DNA from: Octopus vulgaris
Lineage: Eukaryota
Length of the DNA stretch: 64,000 nt
Assembly: GCA_951406725.2 (NCBI GenBank)
Contig: OX597814.1
Span: 50,592,001-50,656,000, forward strand
Reading direction: 5' to 3'
Under the pieces are notes generated by a model that had not been told where the DNA came from, did not search any database, and saw nothing but the letters and a program-made list of their open reading frames with translations. Below, piece after piece: positions 1 through 14,509 of the stretch. Every line of letters starts with the position of its first letter. Position 1 is the first letter of the stretch. The position numbers were made by a program, and so were the translations under genes.

Positions 1-841
1 TCACTCAAACTCACAGCTAATATGAATCACATGAATGATAATACTCATTGCTATACGGAATAAAAGTACGGTTTAACTGACGGAATCCAGTCTTCAGCTG
101 TTATCAGTAAAGGCGCTGTATAATTGATGAATGTTCCGTTAATTTGGCAAGAAATATTGTCATGGATATTTATATACCACTATTCTGAATAATCTTAGTC
201 TGAATTGTTCCGTAACGAAAATCCCTTCAGTTGGGTCCCCACGACTTGTGGATCACAAGTTAAAAACCTAAGCAAATGTACAGATGAATGCCTTGAAGAG
301 AAAAAAATAAATATCTTAATGATTCTGCACTATTACTTTCTTCAGCAATCAGATTACAAGAGCTTTGTCTTCCGCTTTAATACCAGCTCTGAAGCCAGTC
401 TCCATTCACGTGGAGTTAATGAAGAGGAGAACTATGATACATAAACCATTTGTATCATTGAGAGCTCTTACGTCTCTGTTTTATTTATCCGTGTAGGCCA
501 ATGCTTTATCTGGAGAATTGAGCTTTCAGCTACAACAGACATATTCTTTCTATTTTCCCTATAGTATCGAACATTAAAACTCTACAATGCTATCGACCTC
601 TTACACGACCCGACTGGGAACGGTCGTTAAAAAGCAAGCCAGCGTCATGTCTTCTCTGGAGACTCGCATAACAAAATTAATTTTTACCTTGACAGGTTTA
701 AAGTACAGATTTATAAGCGTTTTTATAATTTTCTTCTGAACCTCGGAGAATCTCTCACATTCTCCATCTTCTACCTCACCCATTATTTAGTTATCTAATT
801 CTCTCGGTATTATATATTCTCTATATCACTCTCAGTCTCTT

Positions 842-873
<32 letters not shown>

Positions 874-986
874 TCTCGCTCACTTTCTGTCTAATTCTCT
901 CAGCTTTCATCTTTCTATCTTTCTCTTGCTTATATATATATATATATATATGCATGTATGTATTTCTCCTCTATGTCTCACATTCT

Positions 987-1017
<31 letters not shown>

Positions 1018-1330
1018 CCTCTCTCTCTCTCTCTCTCTCGCTCTCTCACTCGTCTATCATTTTTCTCACTCTTACTTTTTCTTTCAAAAGGAGACACGTT
1101 CACACAGTGTTATCGCCATTTCTCTCACGCACCACCCGTTGATTCAGTCACGCAGACTCTTCCACGCATTCCCCCTCTTCCCTCTCTTTGGCTCCCTCCC
1201 TCTCTTCCCCCTTCTCTCTCTGCATGTATGTACGTGAACATACATACTCATACGGAAGCATGTGTGTACATACAAATATGTATGTATACGTGTACATGTA
1301 CACGTATACATACATACATACATACATACA

Positions 1331-1426
<96 letters not shown>

Positions 1427-1461
1427 TTTCAACATCCGTATTTCAATATATTTTCTATGTA

Positions 1462-1675
1462 AGGCGGCGAACTGGTAGAAACGCCAGCAACGCCGGGCGA
1501 AATGCTTAGTTGTATTTCGTCTGTCTTTACGTTCGGAGTTCAAATTCCGCCGAGGTCGACTTTGCCTTTCATCCTTTCGGGTCGATAAATTAAGAACCAG
1601 TTGCGAACTGGTTTCGATCTAACCGACTGGCCCCCTCCCCAAAAATGTCCGGCCTTGTACCTAGAGTAGAAAAGA
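1462..1675 (+). mobile_element. tRNA-derived SINE, family A (central GTCGACTTTGCCTTTCATCC..GGTCGATAAA..ACCAG domain, Nin/Deu-like)
   Basis: Head with B-box-like GAGTTCAAATTCC, then a conserved core that recurs more than 12 times in this window. Confidence 0.85.
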
Positions 1676-1931
1676 ATATATTTCTATGTGTATTATTCCA
1701 TGTCTATGGAACTTATACATTTTGTAATAGCACCACTTGTGCACTCTGCCCATTACATAACATGATATATACATGGAGTTGTGTTTTGGTTTAAGTTTTC
1801 AGAGTATTCTTTTATCTATCTATATCTGTTTGTGTGTATGAATATATATATATTCACACACCACTCACACATATACATGTATGTGTGTATGTATGTATCT
1901 ATCAATACTGACATATGTATACATATGCATG

Positions 1932-1997
<66 letters not shown>

Positions 1998-2141
1998 CAC
2001 ACACACATACACACACACTCACACAAATACATGTGTGTATATATGTATGTACATATCCATAATTAAATATGTTTACATATGCATATATATATATACACAC
2101 ACAGACACTTATATATACACACATGCACACACACATATATA

Positions 2142-2193
<52 letters not shown>

Positions 2194-2584
2194 TGTATGT
2201 ATGTATCACATATACGTATGCGTGTGTATGTATGTGCATATTTCTATGCAAATATATATGTATATATATGTGTGCGATACATGTGACGCATACATATATG
2301 TGTGTGTGTGTGTGTGTGTGTATGCGTGTGTGTATTTGTATGTATGTATGTTTGTACGTACACACATACACACACACACAGTTATCCGCCCCCAACTGTA
2401 AAATTGATCACGCAGGAGCTTCTTATAACTCTCGTATGTATCGCCCAGCGAATTACTTTCACAGGTTCTATCAATTTTAGACATGCGTAATCACAAATAC
2501 ATTTCCTCTCTTCTCATACACTCTGTCTCACTTTCTCCCTCTCTTCCTCTCTCCATCTCTGTCACAATCTCTCTTTTTCTTTGT

Positions 2585-2624
<40 letters not shown>

Positions 2625-2829
2625 AACTCTGGTTTTCATTCTATCTTTCTTCAACTCGTTTTCTCTCTCCTTACCACTCTTTTTTCGTCAACTACTAACG
2701 CTATGCTTAAATGTTCACCTTCAGTCAATATTATATGCTAATGCACGTTACTTCACAACACCTTAACATCTATTTATTGGAGTATTTATGTCTATCTGTC
2801 TATCTTTTTACCTTTCAGTCTATCCATGG

Positions 2830-3560
2830 AACCCTGCTCAAAGAGCCGAAGATACTTTAGCACTACTCAGTAAGACCTATTTTAGCTGCTCACCAGTTAT
2901 CTATTTAAATCCATATATGGTTATGGTACGTCTACACTTAAAATTTTCATCTCCAGTTTGGAACCCCCTTCTTGTCCAGAATATCGGTCTGCTAGAAGCT
3001 CTCCAGAAATGTACAATCCCTTATCAGTCACCATATCTTGAAAATATTGCCTCTCTGCGCATTGACATTCTAACCCAGTGGTTCTCAACCGGAGTCCATA
3101 TGGCTCCTGAGGTTCCATATAAGATTTTTGGGTGTCCGAGCAACAAAATAATAAATTGAAGATCCTCAATAGCATTTTAAGGATCCCTGAAAAAATTTTG
3201 CTTTAGATGTATATATTGGTATGAATTGCAAGAAATAGCTAGGGTTCTTTCCCGAACATTTTACATAGTTTAGCTTACACACATTATTGTGTGAAAAACA
3301 AAATAGGAAATTTGTGAGGTATTAAGCATTAAATGGCTATGAGGTCTATCAGAATAAAACTGTAATCAAAGGGGGCCCATAGATAAAAAATGGTCGAGAA
3401 CCCCTGCTCAAAAGTGTCGACGCCCAGCGGCTGACTTGATACAAGTCCACAGTATTATCCACCATCTTGCTAACAACAAATTTTGGAAACATTTGTTCAC
3501 GCTCGGAATTGTCGAATATCCATGGTTTGGCAGTGCTACTAGTTCGAGATAAACTGTCAG
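2830..3560 (+). mobile_element. Degraded CR1/L2-type LINE, RT C-terminal fragment, interrupted by a hAT MITE
   Basis: Translation YLNPYMVMVRLHLKFSSPVWNP..NIGLLEALQKCT matches the LY..LVRPHLEY.S.VWNP..DI.LLE.VQRRAT motif. It resumes after the MITE with RRPAADLIQV. Confidence 0.7.
3076..3406. mobile_element. Non-autonomous hAT (Charlie-like) MITE
   Basis: Terminal inverted repeats CAGTGGTTCTCAACC / GGTCGAGAACCCCTG, no ORF. A related copy lies near 56.2 kb. Confidence 0.8.
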
Positions 3561-3805
3561 CGTCCGTTGTTAGCTGTCGCGAGAATGCATCCTTCAACAA
3601 TTCAGTACTTTCTGAAATTCACCAAAATTAGTCCTGACCGTTATTTTTTTTATGGCACTTTTAATGTTCATTTTTCTGGCTTTTCATATTTTAGTCTGTG
3701 CACTGTGCATGTACTTTTAGCTCTCATTGATGTCTTTCTTTACTTACCTTATTTATGCCGCTATCTGTCCTCTCTTTTAACCTTTTCCGTCGAGTTGCAT
3801 TGCAT

Positions 3806-3958
3806 GCCGGACAATATGCTTAGTGGCATTTCGTCTGTCTTTACGTTCTGAGTTCAAATCCCTCAGAGATCGACTTCACCTTCCATTCATTCAGCGTCGA
3901 TGAAATAAATACCAGTCGATTTAACCGACACGTCCTCCCCACATAAATTTCAGGCCTC
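3806..3958 (+). mobile_element. SINE family A, partial
   Basis: gcatttcgtctgtctttacgttctgagttcaaat..gtcgatgaaataaataccag. Confidence 0.75.
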
Positions 3959-4068
3959 TTTCTTCTTCTTCTTCTTCTTCTTCTTCTTCTTCTTCTTCTT
4001 CTTCTTCTTCTTCTTCTTCTTCTTCTTCTTCTTCTTCTTCTTCTTCTTCTTCTTCTTCTTCTTCTTCC
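3958..4068. repeat. (CTT)n microsatellite
   Basis: Read directly from the sequence. Confidence 0.98.
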
Positions 4069-4459
4069 TTTCCTAGTTCGTCTTCTCCTTCCACGGCTGC
4101 TGCTGCTTAAACCATCAAACCTCAGAACAAAATATTTCTCTGCACCCATGGAAACTATTTTTCAGATCTACTACTACCTACCGAGCCTTCACAAACGAAA
4201 AGGGGGAGAGAGACACAGAAAAAAGGAAAATCTCCTACCTATTTGAAGACTATGGAAATATTTACAAAACATTTCATTTAATTTTTTCTTCAATTAACTG
4301 TTTTTCTAGTTGAAAAATTCGAAAAGACTGAAACCGTCACTAGCCATTACAAAATGTATTTCATGGTAAAATTATTTTAGCATTTTCTACCTTGTTTTAT
4401 TTTCCTTATACATATCAATTTGTGTGTTACTTTTCAACTTTCTACGTATATATATATAT

Positions 4460-4763
4460 CATGTGATCACGTGACCGACCAGACCATCAGATGTCGTTAC
4501 ACATCGCTGGTCACAATGCGTTTGCATTGTTTTAGCCTTCGAATGACGCCACCCCGCTGGCTAAGCGAGCAGGGCAACAGAAGAAAGAGTGGGAGAAAGA
4601 GTGGTGAAATAGTACAGCAGGGATCACCACCCGCTGCCGGAGCCCCGTGGAGCTTTTAGGTGTTTTCGCTCAATAAACACTCACAACGCCCGGTCTGGGA
4701 ATCGAAACCGCGATCCTACGACCGCGAGTTCGCTGCCCTAACCACTGGGCCATTGCGCCTCCA
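4460..4763 (-). mobile_element. tRNA-derived SINE, family B1
   Basis: Minus-strand head GGAGGCGCAATGGCCCAGTGGTTAGG..GGTTTCGATTCCC (A/B boxes). Its 3' part recurs at 21415-21525. Confidence 0.8.
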
Positions 4764-4889
4764 CTATATATATAAGTATGTATGTATGTGTATATATATA
4801 TACACATACATACATACATACATACATACATACATACATACATACATACATACATACATACATGCATACATACATACATACATACATAT

Positions 4890-5510
4890 ATTATTTATAT
4901 TATATGTCTGAACCCCACGCATCCTCTTCCAAGTAAGTTTTATTTTAATAATTCTGATGCGCACTCTATACGATCTTATTACTCTTTCGTTTTTCTCTCT
5001 TTCTTTCTCTTATTCTTTTACCTCCTCTTCTCCCACAATTCTATCCTATTACTCTGTCACTCTCTATCCCTTGCTCTTCCTCCCTTGTTCACGTGGCTCC
5101 CACGTAACCATCAGCCATCTTTCTTTCTTCTCCGAACTTTTTTTGTCTTTGTCTCTGTTATAGCTAGAACAAGGAAGACGTGTTCTTGTTTTCTCTTGTC
5201 TAAGATTGATTTACGCCCTTCCTGTTTGTTTTCACTGTCCTATTTGTGTTACCAAATTTGACCCTCCGCAAAATCCTAAATTTTGTTTAATTTGCTTTGC
5301 GGGAGCAACTGTTTTATCGAAAGCGTATATTATTGTTAAATGCTCGAAATACGAGACTACAAAAACAGCCAAAAACTGATGAAGGTTTGTTCTTTTTGTT
5401 GTTTGTTTTGTATTCCATTGGTGTCTTTTGTTGTTCGAAAGAATAGTTAATGTTCCATTTACTCGTGCTTCGTGAATTTTTGTACACGTTTCGTGATGTC
5501 CAGTGCCAAC
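4890..5510 (+). mobile_element. Putative Penelope-like terminal-repeat fragment
   Basis: Lies between microsatellites. 5260-5400 resembles 10250-10410. A ~55 bp piece (gaac..cacgcatcctcttccaagtaagttttat) is repeated at ~5710-5765. Confidence 0.4.
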
Positions 5511-5513
5511 ATA

Positions 5514-5560
<47 letters not shown>

Positions 5561-5600
5561 GTATAGATGTAAGCATGTACATATACGTATCTATATATGC

Positions 5601-5639
<39 letters not shown>

Positions 5640-5669
5640 CGCGCGCATGTATATATGCATATATACATA

Positions 5670-5712
<43 letters not shown>

Positions 5713-5891
5713 TATTTATAACATATGATTGAACACCACGCATCCTCTTCCAAGTAAGTTTTATCTACATACATATATGTATACACACACACACACACAC
5801 ATGCACGCACAAAGCGAAGGAGGCAGACGTGCAGATAGTATATAGATAGATACATACATACATTCATATATACATACATAGAAAGTGATTG

Positions 5892-6148
<257 letters not shown>

Positions 6149-6554
6149 TAGGAATGATACTGATATTGATAAAATTGTTTGACCGTTAACTTTTTTATCA
6201 CTTTCATAGTAAATTTCACATCTGTTTCCTTTGTGTTGATTTTGAGTTAGTATTTGACTGTAAAGTTTCTATAGTCAATCTTTAAATTTTCGGTGAGAAA
6301 TTCTATGCAAGAACGCAACATTATAAACTAATGTTTTCTTTATCTATCTAGTATTGTTCTTTGTTCATAAATCATATAATAATGAAGTGCCTCCTGGTCG
6401 AAAATATTTGGTCAATTAACGTAAAAAACAACTTCCACACTTACACTGAAAACTTTATGTCCCATTCGTAGTACACGAATCAGTGATTTACTCCTATTCA
6501 CATTTTGTATGACTCTAAACTTCTCGTTTCATACTTATATACATATAAGTACGT

Positions 6555-6685
6555 GCTTAAGAAGCTCGCTTTCTAGCTATGTGGTTTCGGGTTCAGCCCC
6601 ATGCGTTGTAAGTTGGACAAGTGCCTTTTACTTAGCTCCAGACTAACCAATGCCTTGCGAGTGAATTTGGTAGACGGAAACTATG
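6555..6685 (+). mobile_element. tRNA-derived SINE, family C, 5' part
   Basis: gggttcag..ggacaagtg..ccaatgccttgcgagtgaatttggtagacggaaact; the reverse-complement copy is at ~60660-60820. Confidence 0.65.
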
Positions 6686-6704
6686 CATATATATGTGTGT
6701 GTAT

Positions 6705-6745
<41 letters not shown>

Positions 6746-6754
6746 CATGATTAT

Positions 6755-7110
6755 CATCATCATCATCGTTTAACGTCCGCTTTCCTTGCTGGCATGGGTT
6801 GGACGATTTGACTGAGGACTGGCGTGCCAGATGGCTGCACCAGGCTCCAATCTGATCTGGCAGAGCTTCTACAGCTGGATGCCCTTCCTAACGCCAACCA
6901 CTCCGAGAGTGTAGAGGGCCAGTCAGGTGGTACTGGCAACGGCCACGCTCAAATGGTGTTTTTTACGTGCCACTTGCACAGAAGCCAGTCCAGCAGCACT
7001 GGCAACAACCTCGCTTGAATATTTTTTCACGTGCCAGTAAGAGAACGCTGCTAACGATCACGCTCGAATGGTGCTTTTTAGGTGCCACCGGAACGGGGGC
7101 CAGTCAGCGG
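6755..7110 (-). mobile_element. RTE-type LINE 3' end or RTE-tail element
   Basis: (CAT)n tail followed by cgtttaacgtccgctttcc..gcatgggttggacg..ctggatgcccttcctaacgccaacc, a tail pattern typical of RTE-related repeats. Confidence 0.55.
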
Positions 7111-7449
7111 TGCTTTCATCATCTATGTGTGCGTGTGTGTGTGTGTGTGTGTGCATATGTGTGTGTGTGTTTGTGTGCACCTGCAACGCTTCATAACCGG
7201 GAGTCGGTTTGTTTATGTCCCAGCAGCTTAACTGTTCGACAAACGAGCCAAATAGAATACGTACCAGACTTTAAAAATAAGGACTGCGGCCGACGTGTGC
7301 CGCTAAACCCTTCAAAAACTTGCTCCAACATGGTTGCAGTCTAATGACTGAAACAAGTAAACGGTAAATGAACACATATATGCATACATACATACATACA
7401 TACATACATACATACATACATACATACATACATACATACATACATACAT

Positions 7450-7791
7450 ACGTAGGAGCACTCCATCGGTTACGACGACGAGGGTCCCAGTTGATACCAT
7501 CAACGGAACAGCTTGCTCGTGAAATTAACGTGCAAGTGACTGAGCAATCCACAGACACGCGTACCCCTAACGTAGGTCTCAGGGAGATTCAGCGTGACAC
7601 AGAATGTGACAAGGCCGGCCCTTTGAAATATAGGTACAACTCATTTTTGCCATCTGAGTGGACTGGAGCAGTGGACAAGACACTTGAACAATAAAGTGTC
7701 TTGTTCAAGGACACGACGCGTCGCCGGGAATCGAACTCAGGACCTTACAATCGCGAGCCGAATGCCCTAACCACTAAGCCACGCGCCTTCA
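7450..7791 (-). mobile_element. tRNA-derived SINE, family B variant, inserted in (CATA)n
   Basis: Minus-strand head GAAGGCGCGTGGCTTAGTGGTTAGGGCATTCGG..GAGTTCGATTCCC, with (TACA)n on both sides. Confidence 0.8.
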
Positions 7792-8399
7792 CATACATAC
7801 ATACATACATACATACATACATACATACATACATACATACATACATACATACATTTATACATACATACATACATACATACATACATACATGCATACATAC
7901 ATACATATGTGTGGGGGGGAGAGAGAAAGAGAAAAAGAGAGAAAGAAAGAGAGGAAAAAAGAGAAAGAGAGGGAGAGAGAAAGAGAGGGAGAGAGAAATA
8001 CGAGTTGATCTGTGTGCATGTGTATTGTGTACATGTTTGTAAGCAACACTGTGTCTCTAAGTATATTCGTATGCAAATGAAACTGGAGTTTACACTTACA
8101 CAGGGGCTGAAACGCTTCACTCAGTATTTCAGATATATTAGACTGTATTTACTTCTTACTGCAACCGTTTGACATATGTCTTTCACGAAACCACATTTTT
8201 TTCTTCTAAAATTCCCTCGATGTCAAGTTCCTATGACTCTGAACTAATAAAATATGAAGCTAATAAAATGACCGCAGTCCAATGACTAAAACAAGTAAAA
8301 GATAAAGATAAAAGCTAAAACCATGCCTACATTCCGATATCTTTAGTATGTCATATAAAATATGTCAAATAATAAAGACTAGCTCTAAAGGTGTTAAAT

Positions 8400-8860
8400 T
8401 TATTTTTGCTGTTCTGGGTAATCCGTTCCATAAAGCTGATGACATGTGACCTCCAGAAAACCAAGGCAGTTAGTAACATTTTTGCATTTGCTCTATATGT
8501 TTTCCAATATATGTGAGCTCACCTTTCCTACCGGATCTTTGAAATGACATCTACAATGATTCGTCAAACAAATCCGTGCATGTCGTTGAGAGAAATGCGC
8601 GGGAAGCCTGTCAGGACACACAACGGAGATCCTATTTGTCTTATCTATTGTAGATGTAACATCCGCTTCTTTAATCTCGGTGTTATCAATTGCAACATGT
8701 GAAGCAATCTTGAAGAGCTCGACAGGCTCAGAAATTCGTTTATGAACCGGTTGCATTGTGAACACGCTGTTGTAGTGCGTGATAAGAAATTCACATGATT
8801 CCTGTGGTTCTGCAGTGAGTGAATCGCCTCTTTCAAGTTAAGGGCCTATTTTTCACTTAC
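8400..8860 (-). pseudogene. Possible highly decayed hAT (Buster-like) transposase fragment
   Basis: Pieces ISVVCPDRLPA..HGFV..KVSSHI..RANAKMLL resemble the CTDGAPAM..GFV..THC.IHR.AL.AK region. Heavily frameshifted. Confidence 0.3.
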
Positions 8861-8967
8861 TTGAGTACATCAAAAATAATAACAGAAAAAAAAAGATGTG
8901 AAAAAATAGAAGCAAATTACGAATTTTTACTACATTCAATTATATATTTATATTTCAAGTTTTGTAA

Positions 8968-9418
<451 letters not shown>

Positions 9419-9630
9419 TGTTTCTTTATTAGCCACACAGGGCTGCACACAGACAGAACAAATTACAAGGTAGAGCTTTTCTTTTGGGGGTAAAAAAAGA
9501 GGGGTTGGTTTTCGATCAAAAGGGATCGTAAAAGGAAAGAAAGAGGACAAAAAAGGGGAGGATTTAAAAAAAAGGGGGGAAGGGGAGAGGAAAAAAAAGT
9601 TGATCAATAGGGATCGTAATCACAGAAGAT
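9419..9630 (-). mobile_element. Putative LINE 3' end abutting (GATA)n
   Basis: Minus strand ends ..tgtggctAATAAAgaaac then (TATC)n. A similar end (ctctttattggctac) occurs at ~18330. Confidence 0.4.
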
Positions 9631-10079
9631 ACATACATACATATATACATACATGTTCATTATGTATACTCTATACACATATGTATCTACATACACACAC
9701 GCGTGCACACAGTCTATGTGTGTGAGGCTGACTGAGTGCTTAAGCACATTGCACGAGAGCGACTGTGTTTATGTGAAGTGAATGAATGAGTCAGTGAGTG
9801 AATCAGTGAATATTCTAACATCTAGTCTCTACGTTGAATACCTAATTCTGCAACCCTGTCTATTGTTTAAGTGAATATCGTTATAACCAAACAATTTCTT
9901 TCAAAGATTGTTCGCTGAGATATACACAGCACATCTCTCTTCCTATCTCTCACTTTCTACCTCTTTCTCTCTTTATCTATCCATCTCTTTATTTATATGT
10001 TTATTTATCTATTTATTTATCTGGATTTTTACATACAAACACACACACGCACACGCACACTCATATTATAGCATTTATA

Positions 10080-10115
<36 letters not shown>

Positions 10116-11124
10116 CATACAGACATACATACATATTCATACACACATAATACATACATACATACACACATACATACATATATTTACCTGCGTTCTGGTC
10201 TAACGAACTCCATGTTTGTTTTCGTTCGGTTTCCTTGTATGTCTCCCCTGTCATATTTTTGTTCCCAGTTTTGACCCTCCATAAATCCAAAATTTTATTT
10301 TGGTATTTATGGGAGCAAATGTCTTCGAAGACTCATATTGTCGTTCAATGCTAGAAATGACGAGTAGATAGACAGACGACAACTGATGAAAAGTCGTTCT
10401 TTGTGTTACTTGTCCAGCTTCCATATTTTTCTCTCGTTGTGTGTGTATATAACTCATTTATTTTCGTATTTCCTGTTGTTTGCTGTTGGGGACGTCCTGT
10501 ATCCATATATACATATATATAACAATTAAGGATAAAATCTTAATAAGAAATCTTAACAAGAAATTATCAGGTAGTTAGCGTGAAAAACCTCATAAGAGAA
10601 AAAATCTGAAAATTTTTTCACTTGAAAATATTTATTTATATTATATAGAGGGCATTATTACACATAAATGCCACACTCTAGGAGGGACTTTCAAAGTCAT
10701 TACTACCAAAAATAAACGAATTGTACCGAATACAGCTCTTGAAGCAAGACATTTAGTTTCTAGCGTGTAGCATTTATGTCTAACAATGCCCTCTATATAA
10801 TATACATATATATATATGTGCATATATTACTTATATTATATATATATATACTTCGATTAGAGGTTGTGGTGGTGGTGGTGGTGGTGGTCGTCGTCGTCGT
10901 GGTCGTGGTGTTGGTGGTGGTGGTAGTAGTAGTAGTAGCAGCAGCAGCAGTTATTGTTGTTCATGAGCAACTGCCAAATCATATTCCTTATTGGCAGGAG
11001 TAGCGATTGCCCTGCCGAAAGATGAGGTAGGAGGGAATGAAAACACATCTCTTATAGCCATTACTTCTTTCTTTAAAAATCATTCAACTGTCTTAGAAAA
11101 TTAAATCAAAATACGAAACAGAAT

Positions 11125-11342
11125 TTGAGCGGGATGGGCTACTCAATTTGAAGAAAATTCTAATTGAGCCCCACCTGCAAGGTCATGTGCTGGTTATCTT
11201 GATATAAGATCACCATGTTGCGAACATATGGTTGAGAATCATGTACTTGGTGTACCCTTATCAGACGAGTAGTCATGATGGATATACTGGGCTTCGTATT
11301 TTGATGACATGCACTTTGATGACATGCACTACTCTCTCACTA
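11125..11342 (+). mobile_element. 3' end of a (TAA)n-tailed repeat family, copy 1
   Basis: About 220 bp, highly similar to 17319-17538. Both are followed by (TAA)n. Confidence 0.7.
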
Positions 11343-11359
11343 AGTAACGATAATTAATA

Positions 11360-11363
<4 letters not shown>

Positions 11364-11430
<67 letters not shown>

Positions 11431-11441
11431 TAATGATAATG

Positions 11442-11503
<62 letters not shown>
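11364..11503. repeat. (TAA)n microsatellite, upstream target of the R4/Dong element
   Basis: Read directly from the sequence. Confidence 0.98.
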
Positions 11504-14279
11504 TTCATCCTGTCTGTCAGGAAGAAATCAAACCTGGAGATGTAAAATTGAAAAAGAGATTGAATTTATGAGAGGGGAAATATCAATATTAAATGAACTA
11601 ATATGTGGAAATGATGTAAGATCCAGAACAGGAAGAAAGATGAAGAGAAAATTTGGATCCTCACCAAGAGAAGAACTGATGTCAATAAAAGAAACGCTGA
11701 AACAAAAAGTCCAACCAAAAGCCCAAAGAATACGAAGATTTGAGAAGAGAAACAAGTTTTACAAGCAAAATAAGCTGTTCACATCCAATGCCAAAAAATT
11801 CTACAGAGAAATAGGGAAGGAGAAAGTAACCGTTAAAGACCCCCCTCGCATGGAAGAAGTTCAAAACTTTTGGAAAAGGATTTGGAGTGACAAGAAGACG
11901 TACAACATAAATGCAGACTGGATTATACAAACTGAAGGATCCTACCAAAGTTTACAACAACAAGCATGGGAAGACATCACAATAGCAGACCTAAGAAAGG
12001 CACTCACGAAGGCCCATAATTGGAAATCCCCCGGTAAAGATAGGGTGCCGAATTTCTGGCTCGCATCGCTCCCATGCGCACACGGTAAGCTAGTTCAGCT
12101 GCTCAATGGAATTATGAGAGACCCAAAGAAAACACCTGAATGGTTAGCAAGTGGTATTACTTACCTACTCCCAAAGAATAACGAAACCAACCTCCCAAAA
12201 AACTATCGGCCTATAACCTGTCTATCCACCACGTATAAAATCTTAACATCTATCCTGGCGGAGAAAACATATGCATTCATGGAGAAGAACAATATTTTCC
12301 CCATTGAACAAAAAGGGTGCCGCCGAGGCTCTAACGGATGCAAAGATCAACTGCTAATTAATCGTATGATCCTTGAGAACTGTCACAACAAGCGCAGAAA
12401 TCTCAGCTCCGCATGGATTGACTATAAAAAGGCCTTCGACAGTATACCGCATCCATGGATCTTGAGATCGCTGGACATCTTCAAAATTTCCCCTGTGATT
12501 TCAAACTTCCTGAAGCACAATATGTCGTTGTGGAATACGAATCTCCAATTATACCACTCTAATGGAGTACTTGCCTCAGAAAATATAAACATCGACTGTG
12601 GAATTTTTCAAGGTGACTCACTTTCACCTTTAATATTCTGCATAGCCCTAATACCCCTTACAAGTGAATTAAACAGAACAGGGTATGGGTATAAAATTGC
12701 CAATAAAAAAATAAGCCATCTATTTTATATGGATGACTTAAAACTCTATGGTAAAGACAATAATGAACTTGAAGGCCTATTGCGCACTGTGAAAGTATTC
12801 AGCGATGACATCGGGATGGAGTTTGGACTTGAGAAGTGTGCCAAGGCCACTTTCCAGAAAGGGAAAGTGAAGACCACAAATTCAGTCGTGTTAGATGTTG
12901 ACACAGTCATAAGAGAGCTTGAGCAAGAACAAACATACAAATATTTAGGGATAAATGAAGGCTCTGGTATTCAGCATGCAAGCATGAAAGAGAAGATCAG
13001 GAAGGAATGTTATAGGAGAGTTCGTGCAGTCCTGAAATCTGAACTAAATGCACGTAACAAGGTGTTAGCTATAAATTCCTTAGCAGTTCCAGTTCTTACT
13101 TATAGCTACAATGTGTTGAACTGGAATATGAGTGAAGTAAAGAATATAGATAGGAAAATACGCAAGCTGCTGAGTTGTAATAGGATGCACCACCCAAAGG
13201 CAGACGTAGATCGCCTTTACCTTCCCAGAGCCCAAGGAGGTCGAAGCCTGATCCAATTTGAACTAGCTTACAAAACAACCACAATTGGACTGGCCAAATA
13301 TCTCGAAATAACGAATGACTGGATGCTAAAGCTCGTGGAAAATCACGAGAGACGAAAGAAACTTCATTCTATCATAAAGGAAAGCAAAAAATTTGCTATT
13401 GATCTCATGCAGGATACCCAAACTGAACAACCCGAGGGAAGTACGGCAACTATTGTTGCAAAGAAGGTACAAATAATGGCAACGAAAAAAGCGCACGAGC
13501 AATTGGCTGATAGGTGGGAGGAGAAACCTCTGCACGGCAAATATGTGGCCCGCAGCAAACAAGCTGATGTTGACCAGAAGCAAGCCCATCAGTGGCTACG
13601 GAGCTCAGGGCTAAAAGCAGAGAGCGAAGGTTTCATCCTGGCTGCTCAAGATCAAAGCCTATTAACCCGGAACTACCAGGCCAATGTGATGAAAAATGGA
13701 GCAGACCCAAAATGCCGATTCTGCAACGACATGATTGAAACAGTGGACCACCTAATCTCTGGATGTAAAGTCTTAGCACCAGTGGAGTATAAATTAAGAC
13801 ATGACAGAGTTGGCCAATATCTACACTGGCTAATAAGTCGGCATTACAATATCAAAACTGCCGACAAGTGGTATAATCACCACCCTGAGGCTGTAACTGA
13901 AGGAGAAAATGTAACCATTCTGTGGGACTTTCCAGTACATACAGACCGAACCATCAAGGCCAATAAACCAGATATTGTTGTGAAAGACCAAAACAATAAA
14001 GTTTGCTTATTGATCGACATGAGCATCTCCTGTGATCATAATATCTCAGCGAAAGAGTTTGACAAGCTCAGAAAATATAAAGACCTACTCATTGAAATTG
14101 AGAAAATGTGGCATCTCAAGGCGGTTACAATACCAGTGATCGTAGGAGCACTAGGAATGATCAAGAAGGGAACCGAAAATTATATGAGAATGATCCCTGG
14201 CTTACCATCCCTGCAAGAAGTGCAAAAGATTGTCTTAACTGGTACATCACACGTATTGAGAAGAGCATTGTCGATGTGA
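11433..14279 (+). CDS. Reverse transcriptase + CCHC zinc knuckle + restriction-like endonuclease polyprotein; N-terminally truncated, first ~24 aa are microsatellite read-through
   Basis: RT motifs NYRPITCL, EQKG, IDYKKAFDSIPH, GIFQGDSLSP, YMDDLKL, YKYLG, RLYLPR..GGR. CCHC motif CRFC..ETVDHLISGC. RLE motifs RHD, KPDIVV..LIDMS, KLRKY. No stops or frameshifts. Confidence 0.95.
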
Positions 14280-14444
14280 GGACTGTTGCTGCTCATGTAT
14301 TTTAATTTAACTTTAAAAAAAAAATGAACGAACTATTGAGTTTGCTTTAATGGCCTACCAATGTATACTATGAGTTTCTTTGCCCTAGGAGTCGGGAAGA
14401 CACTCGGCAAGAAATGGAAGCAAATTTGAAAGAAGAAAAAAAAA

Positions 14445-14445
<1 letters not shown>
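11504..14445 (+). mobile_element. R4/Dong-clade non-LTR retrotransposon (RLE type), 5'-truncated, inserted in (TAA)n
   Basis: Single ORF plus ~165 bp 3' UTR, with (TAA)n on both sides. Dong-like R4 elements are known to target TAA repeats. Confidence 0.93.

Positions 14446-14509
<64 letters not shown>
14446..14509. repeat. (TAA)n between two R4/Dong elements
   Basis: Read directly from the sequence. Confidence 0.98.

Noticed and set aside
926-2490. Many ORFs rich in YI, HT, CV and SL dipeptides (here and throughout the window)
   Set aside because: They are translations of (TA)n, (CA)n, (TACA)n and (CT)n microsatellites, not genes.
3841-4149. Protamine-like poly-Arg ORF
   Set aside because: It is an (AAG)n microsatellite plus SINE sequence.
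11433-11503. Poly-Ile N-terminus resembling a signal or transmembrane peptide
   Set aside because: It is in-frame (ATA)n target microsatellite upstream of the 5' truncation point.
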